IMG/VR virus record: IMGVR_UViG_649989946_000004
Length of the DNA stretch: 35,920 bases
From: a virus
Taxonomy: Duplodnaviria > Heunggongvirae > Uroviricota > Caudoviricetes
Direction: 5' to 3' (one strand)
The notes below the pieces were generated by a model. The model ran no database searches and had not been told where the DNA came from. It saw only the letters and a program-made list of their open reading frames with translations. Positions 17,572 through 27,571 of the stretch are shown here, piece by piece. Made by a program: the position numbers and the translations under genes. Position 1 is the stretch's first letter. Each line of letters begins with the position of its first letter.

Positions 17572-18068
17572 TGCCTCCATCATTACGAAAAGCTGTTGCT
17601 GCTGCTATTGGTGGCGGGGCTATTGCTATAGCATCTGTGTTAATCACTGGCCCAAGTGGTAACGATGGTCTGGAAGGTGTGAGACATAATCCTTACAAAG
17701 ACATAGTTGGTGTATGGACTGTATGTTACGGGCATACAGGAAAAGACATCATTCCCGGTAAAACGTATACCGAAGCAGAGTGCAAAGCCCTCCTGAATAA
17801 AGACCTTGCCACGGTCGCCAGACAAATTAACCCGTACATCAAAGTCGATATACCGGAAACAACGCGCGGCGCTCTTTACTCGTTCGTCTACAACGTGGGT
17901 GCTGGCAATTTCAGAACATCGACGCTTCTTCGCAAAATAAACCAGGGCGATATCAAAGGCGCATGTGATCAGCTACGTCGCTGGACATACGCTGGAGGTA
18001 AGCAATGGAAAGGACTGATGACTCGTCGTGAGATTGAGCGTGAAGTCTGTTTGTGGGGGCAGCAATGA
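17571..18068 (+). CDS. rrrD: SAR endolysin (phage lysozyme, RrrD/P21 R-type)
   Basis: 165-aa ORF with N-terminal signal-anchor-release segment ([21 protein letters not shown]) and lysozyme core; TAATG-coupled to holin. Confidence 0.85.
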   Translation: MPPSLRKAVAAAIGGGAIAIASVLITGPSGNDGLEGVRHNPYKDIVGVWTVCYGHTGKDIIPGKTYTEAECKALLNKDLATVARQINPYIKVDIPETTRGALYSFVYNVGAGNFRTSTLLRKINQGDIKGACDQLRRWTYAGGKQWKGLMTRREIEREVCLWGQQ

Positions 18069-18263
18069 GCAGAGTAACCGCGATTATCTCCGCTCTGATT
18101 ATCTGCATCATCGTCTGCCTGTTATGGGCTGTTAATCATTACCGTGATAACGCCATCGCCTACAAAGAGCAGCGCGACAAAGCCGCATCCACTATCGCTG
18201 ATATGCAGAAGCGTCAACGTGATGTAGCAGAACTCGACGCCAGATACACAAAGGAGCTTGCTG

Positions 18264-18430
18264 ATGCTAACGCGACTATCGAAAGTCTTCGTGCTGATGT
18301 TTCTGCTGGGCGTAAGTGGCTGCGCGTCAAAGCTGTCTGTCCAGACATGCATAAAATCACCGCCGCCTCCGGCGTGGATGATGGCACCAGCCCCAGACTT
18401 ACTGACACCGCTCAACGGGATTATTTCACC
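18264..18430 (+). pseudogene. rzoD: Rz1 outer-membrane lipoprotein spanin, embedded in Rz (+1 frame), also cut by IS2; remainder 19767-19800
   Basis: AAGGAG SD then [23 protein letters not shown]...[24 protein letters not shown] (lipobox, proline-rich), interrupted at 18430. Confidence 0.8.
18426..18430. repeat. IS2 target-site duplication, left copy (TCACC)
   Basis: TCACC directly flanks both IS2 ends (18426-18430 and 19762-19766). Confidence 0.8.
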
Positions 18431-18441
18431 TGGATTTGCCC

Positions 18442-19347
18442 CTATATTTCCAGACATCTGTTATCACTTAACCCATTACAAGCCCGCTGCCGCAGATATT
18501 CCCGTGGCGAGCGATAACCCAGCGCACTATGCGGATGCCATTCGTTATAATGCTCGAACGCCTCTGCAAGGTTCTTTGCTGCCGTTAACCCGTCTGGTTT
18601 GGGCATGATACTGATGTAGTCACGCTTTATCGTTTTCACGAAGCTCTCTGCTATTCCGTTACTCTCCGGACTCCGCACCGCCGTGTTCTTCGGTTCAAGT
18701 CCCAACATCCGGGCGAACTGGCGTGTTTCATTAGCCCGGTAGCATGAACCATTATCCGTCAGCCACTCCACTGGAGACGACGGAAGATCGTTGCCGAAGC
18801 GGCGTTCCACCGCTCCCAGCATGACGTCCTGTACTGTTTCACTGTTGAAGCCGCCGGTAGTGACCGCCCAGTGCAGTGCCTCACGATCACAGCAGTCCAG
18901 CGCGAACGTGACACGCAGTCTCTCTCCGTTATCACAGCAGAACTCGAACCCGTCAGAGCACCATCGCTGATTGCTTTCTTTCACGGCCACTCTGCCTGTA
19001 TGTGCCCGTTTCGATGGCGGTACAGCAGGTTTTCGCTCAAGCAACAGCGCATTCTGGCGCATGATCCGGTAAACACGTTTGGCATTGATCGCAGGCATAC
19101 CATCAAGTTCTGCCTGTCTGCGAAGCAGCGCCCATACCCGACGATAACCATACGTGGGCAGCTCTCCGATAACATGGTGTATACGGAGAAGCACATCCGT
19201 ATCATCAGTGTGACGACTGCGGCGGCCATCCATCCAGTCATCGGTTCGTCTGAGAATGACGTGCAACTGCGCACGCGACACCCGGAGACAACGGCTGACT
19301 AAGCTTACTCCCCATCCCCGGGCAATAAGGGCGCGTGCGCTATCCAC
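18442..19347 (-). CDS. insD: IS2 transposase OrfB (InsD)
   Basis: 301-aa ORF with DDE-type integrase core; matches IS2 InsD. Confidence 0.9.
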
Positions 19348-19670
19348 TTTTTTGCCCGTCCATATTCAACGGCTTCTTTGAGGAGTTCATTTTCCATCGT
19401 TTTCTTGCCGAGCAGGCGCTGGAGTTCTTTAATCTGCTTCATGGCGGCAGCAAGTTCAGAGGCAGGAACAACCTGTTCTCCGGCGGCGACAGCAGTAAGA
19501 CTTCCTTCCTGGTATTGCTTACGCCAGAGAAATAACTGGCTGGCTGCTACACCATGTTGCCGGGCAACGAGGGAGACCGTCATCCCCGGTTCAAAGCTCT
19601 GCTGAACAATTGCGATCTTTTCCTGTGTGGTACGCCGTCTGCGTTTCTCCGGCCCTAAGACATCAATCAT
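19305..19670 (-). CDS. insC: IS2 OrfA (InsC)
   Basis: 121 aa from ATG at 19670 ([25 protein letters not shown]...), HTH regulator; overlaps insD for the usual OrfAB frameshift fusion. Confidence 0.9.
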
Positions 19671-19761
19671 CTGTTCTCCAATGACTAGTCTAAAAACTAG
19701 TATTAAGACTATCACTTATTTAAGTGATATTGGTTGTCTGGAGATTCAGGGGGCCAGTCTA

Positions 19762-19766
19762 TCACC
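19762..19766. repeat. IS2 target-site duplication, right copy (TCACC)
   Basis: See left copy. Confidence 0.8.
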
Positions 19767-20224
19767 CTTAGAAAGCGGATTGAAACCAGTGATAAAATGA
19801 TCCGAGGCTTGCAGCAATACATTCGCACGCAGTGTGTAAGATGAGCAATCTTTGCTAATTAGCCATGAAATAGATAAATATCAGGCCAACGATGATTAGT
19901 GCCAGGCATCCTAATTGGTCAGAATGGCTGGCATTTGATCGTCTTGCTCTTCTTGCAGTTGATTGGACAGCCCTCTGTCCTCGACTTCCTCTTGGCATTC
20001 CTCTCATTTATTCTCTCTCAACATTGATATTGAACTGACAGATGATAATTATTTCATGAAAGTGGTATCTCGTTGATTTGATTACGCTACATAGTCGCCG
20101 GATTTTCGCATTTATCGGCATCGGGCGGTGCAAAATTGGCATAATCGAAACGTAGAGTTTTTGGCTGACAACAGCATTAGCGGTCACCCGGAGAGTGTTG
20201 TGAACATGTTAATTACATGACGCT

Positions 20225-20545
20225 TTAGATGCATCGACATTTGATGATGCTTGTCAGACCTGTCATTTTCTTTGCTTCATTTTCAACATTGAGGAAGTTG
20301 GTTGAGCATATTTTTTGATAATCTCCAGTTGTGAATCCTGTTTTATCGATCTTGCGTTTCAAGGGATTAATCGTTTTGCAAGATGCTCTATGGATTCTGG
20401 TAAAGCGTTCGTCAGATTTATTACCTTTACCTCTGGTTCGCTTCAATGCATTGACAACATATCCGTCTGGATTATCGCCAAGCCAATTACGATAGTCTGA
20501 TTCACTCTCAGTCTGAAGGTCACTTCTGAATACCTTTATGGACAT
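20225..20545 (-). CDS. Hypothetical basic protein at the bor-equivalent locus (between spanins and cos)
   Basis: 106 aa from ATG at 20545 preceded by AGGAG; MSIKVFRSDLQTESESDYRNWLGDNPDGYVVNALKRTRGKGNKSDERFTRIHRASC...; AT-rich gene with own AT-rich upstream region; no signal peptide; family not recognised. Confidence 0.6.
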   Translation of the reverse strand: MSIKVFRSDLQTESESDYRNWLGDNPDGYVVNALKRTRGKGNKSDERFTRIHRASCKTINPLKRKIDKTGFTTGDYQKICSTNFLNVENEAKKMTGLTSIIKCRCI

Positions 20546-20679
20546 GAAGATACTCCTGTGCATTTATGGTACGAAGAAATAGCAAAAGTATTTTTACCGT
20601 AAATTGCGAATCTACAAAAGCAAAACAATGCGTAATATCAGAGTGAATATTCTGCCTTTAATGTGGGTCCTTCTGATGA

Positions 20680-20720
20680 CCTGAGCTCTCACGGGGCGGG
20701 AGCGTCGCGGAAAAAGGCTA
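20680..20720. promoter_or_regulatory. Candidate cos site (cosN-like GC-rich core)
   Basis: GGGGCGGGAGCGTCGCGG ~170 bp upstream of the small terminase gene resembles the lambda cosN core GGGCGGCGACCTCGCGG. Confidence 0.3.
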
Positions 20721-20879
20721 GTTTTTGCATTTTTATCGGCCACCATCATCTTTGCATCTTATTGATTATTAATGGTTATTTGTTTTTTGTATGTCGAATT
20801 GAGCGGTTTTTGTTCGACATCGAACGCGTTTTCTTAAAGTTGTTCGCACGATGCATGTTTAAAGCTCTCCGGAGGAAAT

Positions 20880-21371
20880 ATGGATCATGAGTTGAAAAAC
20901 TTGGTGCTGAATATTAATCAACTGGCGGCTTTATCTGGTCTGCACCGCCAGACTGTCGTGGCAAGACTGAAAAACATTCGTCCCGCTGGTGGACATGACA
21001 AACTCAAGCTATATCGGTTGACCGATATTCTGACTGAATTTATGGGGTTACCACCGCCGGTTGCTGAGGGCGAAATGGATCCACATGAACGCAAAGCCTG
21101 GTATCAGTCTGAACGTGAGCGTCTTAAGTTCGAACAGGAAACGGCACAACTCATTCCGGCCAGTGATGTCAGACGGGAGTTTGCCATCTGGGCAAAAGCG
21201 GTCGTGCAGGTGCTGGAGACATTACCGGATATTCTGGAACGTGACTGCGGCCTGCAGCCTGCCGATGTGAGCCGTGTTCAGTCCATTATTGATGATCTGC
21301 GCGATCAGATAGCCCTGCGGGTGACCGAAGCAGGTGCGGATGATGAGGAGGAATTACAGCAGGAGGAGTAA
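20880..21371 (+). CDS. Terminase small subunit
   Basis: 163-aa ORF with GGAGG SD, N-terminal HTH-like segment, acidic C-terminus; immediately precedes and overlaps the large terminase. Confidence 0.8.
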   Translation: MDHELKNLVLNINQLAALSGLHRQTVVARLKNIRPAGGHDKLKLYRLTDILTEFMGLPPPVAEGEMDPHERKAWYQSERERLKFEQETAQLIPASDVRREFAIWAKAVVQVLETLPDILERDCGLQPADVSRVQSIIDDLRDQIALRVTEAGADDEEELQQEE

Positions 21372-23428
21372 TGCTGAATCAGGAAACCGCAAAGGCAGCA
21401 CGAACCGATTCAGGTTATATCCTTCGCGCACCGAGACGAATGCTGGTTGCTGATGCCGTTGCTCAGTATATGCGGGTGCCCATGGGGGCCGGGAATTCAG
21501 TCCCGTGGGATCCGCTGGTGGCACCGTATGTTATTGAGCCGATGAACTGCCTGGCCTCGCGTGAATACGACGCAGTGATATTTGTTGGCCCGGCACGAAC
21601 TGGCAAGACTATCGGCCTGATTGACGGCTGGGTGATTTACAATGTGATTTGCGATCCTGCTGATATGCTGATCATTCAGATGACGGAGGAAAAAGCCCGC
21701 GAACACTCCAAAAAACGACTTGCCAGAACGTTTCGCGTCAGCCCGGAAGTGGTCAGTCGCCTGAGTCCGAACAAAAATGACAACAACGTTTATGACAGAA
21801 CATTCCTTGCTGGCAACTACCTGAAAATCGGCTGGCCGTCAGTCAATATCATGTCCTCATCAGATTATAAATGCGTGGCGCTGACGGATTATGACCGTTT
21901 TCCGGAAGATATTGATGGCGAGGGGGATGCCTTCTCTCTTGCCTCAAAACGTACCACCACATTTATGTCCAGTGGTATGACGCTGGTGGAGAGTTCCCCC
22001 GGCAGGGATGTGAAGGATGTGAAATGGCGACGGACTTCACCGCATGAGGCTCCACCAACCACGGGGATACTGTCGCTCTATAACCGTGGCGATCGCCGTC
22101 GCTGGTACTGGCCCTGTCCACACTGTGGTGAGTATTTTCAGCCCTGCGGCGATGTGGTTGCTGGTTTCCGTGATATTGCCGATCCCGTGCTGGCAAGTGA
22201 GGCGGCTTATATTCAGTGTCCTTCCTGTTCAGGACGGATTATGCCTGAACAAAAACGTGAGCTGAACGGACGTGGGGTCTGGTTGCGGGATGGTGAATCC
22301 ATCAATGCGGATGGCAGTCGTTATGGTGATCCCCGACGCTCACGTATTGCGTCATTCTGGATGGAGGGTCCGGCAGCTGCTTACCAGACACTCTCGCAAC
22401 TCGTTTACAAACTGCTTACTGCAGAACAGGAATACGAGACAACCGGAAGTGAAGAAACACTCAAGACGGTTATCAATACCGACTGGGGATTACCTTATCT
22501 TCCCCGTGCCAGCATGGAGCAACGAAAAAGTGAACTGCTTGAGCAGCGGGCAGAGCCAGTTCCTTCCCGCAGTGTGCCGGATGGCGTTAATTTCCTGGTG
22601 GCGACAGTTGATGTGCAGGCGGGACGTCATCGCCGTTTTGTGGTTCAGGTAACGGGCTATGGCAGCCGTGGCGAACGCTGGATTATTGATCGTTACAACA
22701 TCACGCAGTCATTGCGCGGTGACAGCGACGGGGAGAGCCAGCGAATTGATCCGGCCAGCTATCCGGAAGACTGGGATGTCCTGCTGACGGATGTTTTTCA
22801 TAAAAGCTGGCCGCTGGCCTCCGATCCTTCTCAACAAATGCGACTGATGGCAATGGCGGTGGACTCCGGCGGTGAAGACGGGGTCACTGATAATGCCTAT
22901 AAATTCTGGCGTCGTTGCCGTCGTGATGGCCTTGGTAAACGTATTTACCTGTTTAAGGGCGACAGCATCCGGCGCGCAAAACTGATCACCCGTACATTCC
23001 CTGATAACACCGGACGAACGGGCCGACGGGCGCAGGCCGCAGGTGATGTGCCGCTCTGGCTTCTTCAGACGGATGCACTGAAAGACCGGGTGAATAACGC
23101 GTTATGGCGTGACTCGCCAGGTCCCGGCTATGTGCATTTCCCTGACTGGCTGGGGAGCTGGTTTTACGACGAACTGACGTATGAAGAGCGGAGCAGTGAC
23201 GGGAAATGGAGTAAGCCGGGTCGCGGTGCCAACGAAGCTTTTGACCTGATGGTGTATGCCGAGGCTCTGGTCATTCTGCATGGATACGAAAAGATCCGCT
23301 GGCCGGATGCACCGGAGTGGGCGAGCCGGGAAACCTGGCTGGAGTGTGTCCAGGACAGTACCGAACCGTCATCCTCACCGGAACCGGTATCCACGCCTGT
23401 TAAAAAACAAAACGGAAGAAAACAGTAA
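21371..23428 (+). CDS. Terminase large subunit (GpA-like)
   Basis: 685-aa ORF; Walker-A-like FVGPARTGKT, nuclease domain, zinc-finger-like CPHCGEYF...CPSC as in lambda gpA-family terminases. Confidence 0.9.
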   Translation: MLNQETAKAARTDSGYILRAPRRMLVADAVAQYMRVPMGAGNSVPWDPLVAPYVIEPMNCLASREYDAVIFVGPARTGKTIGLIDGWVIYNVICDPADMLIIQMTEEKAREHSKKRLARTFRVSPEVVSRLSPNKNDNNVYDRTFLAGNYLKIGWPSVNIMSSSDYKCVALTDYDRFPEDIDGEGDAFSLASKRTTTFMSSGMTLVESSPGRDVKDVKWRRTSPHEAPPTTGILSLYNRGDRRRWYWPCPHCGEYFQPCGDVVAGFRDIADPVLASEAAYIQCPSCSGRIMPEQKRELNGRGVWLRDGESINADGSRYGDPRRSRIASFWMEGPAAAYQTLSQLVYKLLTAEQEYETTGSEETLKTVINTDWGLPYLPRASMEQRKSELLEQRAEPVPSRSVPDGVNFLVATVDVQAGRHRRFVVQVTGYGSRGERWIIDRYNITQSLRGDSDGESQRIDPASYPEDWDVLLTDVFHKSWPLASDPSQQMRLMAMAVDSGGEDGVTDNAYKFWRRCRRDGLGKRIYLFKGDSIRRAKLITRTFPDNTGRTGRRAQAAGDVPLWLLQTDALKDRVNNALWRDSPGPGYVHFPDWLGSWFYDELTYEERSSDGKWSKPGRGANEAFDLMVYAEALVILHGYEKIRWPDAPEWASRETWLECVQDSTEPSSSPEPVSTPVKKQNGRKQ

Positions 23429-23468
23429 CTGATGATGTTAACCCCTGGCTGACTTCCGGAGGATGGTT

Positions 23469-23681
23469 ATGAACCAGAATGATATCGAAGCCATGATTCA
23501 GCGTTATATGGAAGCTGAAATGGCGGTGCTGGACGGAAAATCCGTCACCTTTAATGGTCAGCAGATGACCATGGAAAACTTATCTGAGATCCGGCAGGGA
23601 CGGCAGGAGTGGGAGCGCCGCCTTGCGGCTCTGATTACACGACGACGGGGGCATCCCGGGTACCGGCTGGCGAGGTTCTGA
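23469..23681 (+). CDS. Head-tail joining protein W-like
   Basis: ~70-aa ORF after GGAGG; C-terminus ...ITRRRGHPGYRLARF resembles lambda gpW (...QRRRGPAGFYV). Confidence 0.7.
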   Translation: MNQNDIEAMIQRYMEAEMAVLDGKSVTFNGQQMTMENLSEIRQGRQEWERRLAALITRRRGHPGYRLARF

Positions 23682-25189
23682 TGGCAATTCTTGATGATGT
23701 GATTGGCGTTTTTTCACCTGGATGGAAAGCGGCAAGGCTGCGTTCCCGTGCGGTGATCCAGGCTTATGAAGCCGTAAAAACGACGCGGACACACAAAGCC
23801 CGACGGGAGAACCGAACTGCCGACCAGCTAAGCCAGTACGGGGCCGTGTCGTTACGTGAGCAGGCCCGTTACCTTGATAACAACCACGATCTGGTTATTG
23901 GTGTATTTGACAAGCTGGAAGAACGGGTGGTGGGGAAAAACGGGATTATTGTCGAGCCACATCCGGTATTACGCAATGGGGCCATTGCCCGTGATCTGGC
24001 AGCGGAGATTCGCACCCGATGGAGTGAATGGTCTGTCAGCCCGGAAGTCACCGGGCAGTTTACCCGTCCGATGCTGGAACGTCTGATGCTGCGTACCTGG
24101 CTGCGCGATGGTGAGGTGTTTGCCCAGATGGTTTCCGGGCGCATAAACAGCCTGACGCCTTCTGCCGGTGTTCATTTCTGGCTGGAGGCGCTCGAGCCAG
24201 ACTTTATTCCCATGACCAGTGATGAGAGCAACAGGCTGAATCAGGGCGTGTTTGTTGATGACTGGGGGCGTCCCGAAAAATATCTGGTGTATAAAAGCCG
24301 TCCCGTATCCGGGCGGCAGATGGAAACCAAAGAAGTGGATGCAGAGCGAATGCTGCATCTTAAATTTGTTCGCCGTCTGCACCAGATGCGCGGGACGTCT
24401 TTGTTGTCCGGTGTGCTGATCCGCCTCAGTGCCCTGAAAGATTATGAAGATTATGAGCTGACTGCAGCAAGGATCGCCGCTGCTCTGGGGATGTACATCC
24501 GCAAAGGCGACGGGCAGAGCTATGAACCGGATGGTAATGGCAGCAAGGATAAGGAACGCGAGCTTACCATTCAGCCAGGCATTATTTACGACGATCTGAA
24601 ACCCGGCGAAGAAATCGGAATGGTGAAGTCGGATCGCCCCAATCCTAACCTTGAAACTTTTCGTAATGGTCAGTTACGTGCCGTGGCGGCGGGCAGTCGT
24701 CTGAGTTTTTCCAGTACAGCGCGCAACTATAACGGCACTTACAGCGCCCAGCGTCAGGAGCTGGTTGAATCCACTGATGGCTACCTGATCCTGCAGGACT
24801 GGTTTATTGGTGCTGTCACCCGCCCGATGTATCGTGCCTGGCTGAAACAGGCTGTGGCATCCGGTGTTATCAGGCTACCCCGCGATCTTGACCGTTCTTC
24901 ACTGTATACCGCGGTGTATTCCGGACCGGTGATGCCGTGGATTGACCCTGTTAAGGAGGCTGAGGCCTGGAAAATCCAGATTCGTGGTGGAGCGGCGACA
25001 GAATCAGACTGGGTACGTGCTGGTGGTCGTAATCCGGATGATGTCAAACGTCGGCGCAAGGCCGAAATTGATGAAAACCGCAAACTGGATCTGGTATTTG
25101 ATACCGATCCGGCCAGTGATAAAGGAGGCAGCAGTGCCGCAACGAAACGACAGGAGCCGCAGCACACCGACGACCAGTCCGAAGAATAA
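23681..25189 (+). CDS. Portal protein (lambda B family)
   Basis: ~502 aa from ATG at 23681 (TGATG overlap with W); size, position and acidic C-terminal tail typical of portal. Confidence 0.85.
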   Translation: MAILDDVIGVFSPGWKAARLRSRAVIQAYEAVKTTRTHKARRENRTADQLSQYGAVSLREQARYLDNNHDLVIGVFDKLEERVVGKNGIIVEPHPVLRNGAIARDLAAEIRTRWSEWSVSPEVTGQFTRPMLERLMLRTWLRDGEVFAQMVSGRINSLTPSAGVHFWLEALEPDFIPMTSDESNRLNQGVFVDDWGRPEKYLVYKSRPVSGRQMETKEVDAERMLHLKFVRRLHQMRGTSLLSGVLIRLSALKDYEDYELTAARIAAALGMYIRKGDGQSYEPDGNGSKDKERELTIQPGIIYDDLKPGEEIGMVKSDRPNPNLETFRNGQLRAVAAGSRLSFSSTARNYNGTYSAQRQELVESTDGYLILQDWFIGAVTRPMYRAWLKQAVASGVIRLPRDLDRSSLYTAVYSGPVMPWIDPVKEAEAWKIQIRGGAATESDWVRAGGRNPDDVKRRRKAEIDENRKLDLVFDTDPASDKGGSSAATKRQEPQHTDDQSEE

Positions 25190-25202
25190 TTCCTGGTTCA
25201 GG

Positions 25203-27161
25203 ATGCAGGCTGGTCACCAGAGTGACGCGGATATTTATATTTATGACGAGATTGGTTTCTGGGGTGTTACAGCGAAGCAGTTTATCAGTGATCTGAATGC
25301 ACTGGGCGATATCACCCACATTAATCTCCATATTAATTCACCGGGTGGCGATGTCTTTGAAGGCATCGCCATTTTTAATGCGCTGAAAACACATGGTGCG
25401 TCCATTACCGTTTATGTCGACGGTGTGGCGGCGTCAATGGCGTCGGTCATTGCGATGGTGGGAAACCCGGTCATTATGCCGGAAAACACCTTCATGATGA
25501 TTCATAAACCATTTGGCTTTACGGGCGGTGATGCGGAGGACATGCGCACCTATGCCGACCTGCTCGATAAAGTTGAGGCGGTTCTGTTACCCGCTTATGC
25601 ACAGAAAACCGGGAAAACCACCGATGAAATTGCTGTCATGCTGGCGGATGAGACCTGGATGTCCGGTGCCGAATGTCTGGCACATGGATTTGCTGATCAG
25701 GTATCGCCAGCCGTTAAGGCAATGGCATGTATTCAGTCAAAACGTACAGAGGAATTTAAAAAGATGCCGGAATCCATTCGAAACATGATTACTCCGCCAC
25801 GCAACAGTGCTCCACGCGTACAGGATGATGAACCTGCAGCCTCCCGGACGCCAGTGCAGGCAGCAGCACCCGTGGTGGATGAAAACAGTATCCGTGCGCA
25901 GGTACTGGCAGAGCAAAAAGCGCGTGTAAACGGTATTAATGATCTGTTTGCCATGTTTGGCGGGCGTTATCAGACGCTGCAGGCCCAGTGTCTTGCCGAT
26001 CCTGAATGTTCGCTGGAGCAGGCCCGCGAAAAGTTGTTGAACGAGATGGGGCGCGAGTCCACGCCATCCAATAAAAATACCCCGGCTCATATTTATGCCG
26101 GTAACGGTAATTTTGTGGGGGACGGGATCCGCCAGGCGCTGATGGCGCGTGCCGGATTTGAAAAAACCGAACGTGATAATGTCTACAACGGGATGACCCT
26201 GCGTGAATATGCCCGTATGTCACTGACTGAACGGGGTATTGGGGTTTCCGGTTATAACCCGATGCAGATGGTCGGTGCGGCGTTCACACACAGTACGTCT
26301 GACTTCGGTAATATTCTGCTGGATGTTGCGAACAAAGCCATTCTGCAGGGCTGGGAAGATGCCCCTGAAACCTATGAACAGTGGACGCGGAAAGGTCAGT
26401 TGTCTGATTTTAAAATTGCCCATCGCGTGGGTATGGGGGGCTTCAGTGCTCTGCGTCAGGTGCGTGAAGGGGCGGAATATAAATACGTCACCACCGGAGA
26501 TAAACAGGCCACTATTGCACTGGCGACCTATGGCGAGCTGTTCAGTATCACCCGTCAGGCCATTATCAATGATGATCTGAATATGCTGACCGATGTCCCG
26601 ATGAAGCTGGGCCGTGCGGCGAAATCCACTATTGCCGATCTGGTTTATGCCATTCTGACGTCTAACCCGAAAATCTCCACAGATAATGTAAGTCTGTTCG
26701 ATAAAGCGAAACATGCAAACGTACTGGAGGGCGCTGCAATGGACGTGGCATCGCTGGATAAAGCCCGCCAGTTGATGCGTGTTCAGAAAGAGGGGGAGCG
26801 TCATCTGAATATTCGTCCTGCGTTCGTACTGGTACCGACGGCGATGGAGTCTGTTGCTAACCAGGTCATTCGCTCCTCAAGTGTCAAGGGGGCTGACATT
26901 AACGCCGGTATTATTAACCCGGTGAAAGATTTTGCGACCGTTATTGCAGAGCCTCGTCTTGATGATAACAGCCAGACCACCTTCTACCTGGCTGCGTCAA
27001 AAGGCTCCGATACGATTGAAGTGGCTTATCTCAACGGTGTGGATACGCCATATATTGATCAGATGGAGGGCTTCAGTGTGGATGGCGTGACAACGAAAGT
27101 GCGTATTGACGCCGGTGTCGCGCCAGTTGATCACCGCGGTCTGGTGAAATGTACGGCGTAA
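25203..27161 (+). CDS. Prohead protease (ClpP/S14-like) fused to major capsid protein (HK97 fold)
   Basis: 652 aa from ATG at 25203; N-terminal ClpP-like region (HINSPGGDVFEGIAIFNALK...AASMASVIAM), linker, then capsid-like C-terminal half; no separate capsid gene follows. Confidence 0.8.
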   Translation: MQAGHQSDADIYIYDEIGFWGVTAKQFISDLNALGDITHINLHINSPGGDVFEGIAIFNALKTHGASITVYVDGVAASMASVIAMVGNPVIMPENTFMMIHKPFGFTGGDAEDMRTYADLLDKVEAVLLPAYAQKTGKTTDEIAVMLADETWMSGAECLAHGFADQVSPAVKAMACIQSKRTEEFKKMPESIRNMITPPRNSAPRVQDDEPAASRTPVQAAAPVVDENSIRAQVLAEQKARVNGINDLFAMFGGRYQTLQAQCLADPECSLEQAREKLLNEMGRESTPSNKNTPAHIYAGNGNFVGDGIRQALMARAGFEKTERDNVYNGMTLREYARMSLTERGIGVSGYNPMQMVGAAFTHSTSDFGNILLDVANKAILQGWEDAPETYEQWTRKGQLSDFKIAHRVGMGGFSALRQVREGAEYKYVTTGDKQATIALATYGELFSITRQAIINDDLNMLTDVPMKLGRAAKSTIADLVYAILTSNPKISTDNVSLFDKAKHANVLEGAAMDVASLDKARQLMRVQKEGERHLNIRPAFVLVPTAMESVANQVIRSSSVKGADINAGIINPVKDFATVIAEPRLDDNSQTTFYLAASKGSDTIEVAYLNGVDTPYIDQMEGFSVDGVTTKVRIDAGVAPVDHRGLVKCTA

Positions 27162-27247
27162 ACATCGCAGACAACAACTCTGATGGCCCGTAAGGGCTTT
27201 TTTTGTACCTGAAATCAGCCCCTGAACGGGGCTGTGTGGAGACAGTT

Positions 27248-27571
27248 ATGGCAAAGAATTTTGTAGAAGAAGGAAAAACGGTGGCGATTGTTGCCAGTGC
27301 AGCCATCAGCAGCGGAGATCTGGTGCAGGTGGGTGATGTTTTTGCGGTGGCGCTGACCGATATTCCACAAGGTGAAACAGGCGACGGTATGACCGAAGGT
27401 GTGTTTATGCTGCCTAAGCTGAAAACGGATGACATGAAAACGGGTAAGAAGGTTTATCTGAAGTCCGGAAAAGTTCAGCTGACTAACAGCGGCTCTGAGC
27501 CGCTGGTCGGGGTTGTCTGGGCAGATGCCGGAACCAGTGCAGAAGAAGTGCCGGTAAAACTCAATGTCTGA
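27248..27571 (+). CDS. DUF2190-type head protein (putative decoration/cement protein)
   Basis: 107 aa from ATG after GGAGA; small Gly/Val-rich protein immediately after the capsid gene. Confidence 0.6.
   Translation: MAKNFVEEGKTVAIVASAAISSGDLVQVGDVFAVALTDIPQGETGDGMTEGVFMLPKLKTDDMKTGKKVYLKSGKVQLTNSGSEPLVGVVWADAGTSAEEVPVKLNV

Larger units (their letters stand above)
18065..18430 (+). pseudogene. rzpD: Rz inner-membrane spanin, interrupted by IS2 after codon 122; C-terminal 25 codons resume at 19767-19844
   Basis: [21 protein letters not shown]... ends ...DTAQRDYFT at the IS2 junction; downstream of IS2 the frame continues [25 protein letters not shown]. Confidence 0.85.
18431..19761 (-). mobile_element. 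IS2 insertion sequence (1331 bp)
   Basis: Ends match IS2 termini as recalled (TGGATTTGCCCCTATATTTCCAGACA... / ...GGAGATTCAGGGGGCCAGTCTA); encodes InsC and InsD; length equals the canonical 1331 bp; flanked by 5-bp TSD. Confidence 0.9.

Noticed and set aside
19901-20050. 49-codon plus-strand ORF in the non-coding stretch after the spanin remnant
   Set aside because: No SD, Leu/Pro-rich low-complexity translation; insufficient evidence for a gene.
21497-22652. Several 60-130-aa ORFs on both strands inside the large terminase gene
   Set aside because: All overlap the 685-aa terminase ORF; Arg/His/Cys-rich translations typical of out-of-frame GC-rich DNA.
25737-26804. ORFs antisense to the protease-capsid gene (117, 95 and 194 aa)
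   Set aside because: Embedded antisense in a strongly supported coding region with no start context; shadow ORFs.
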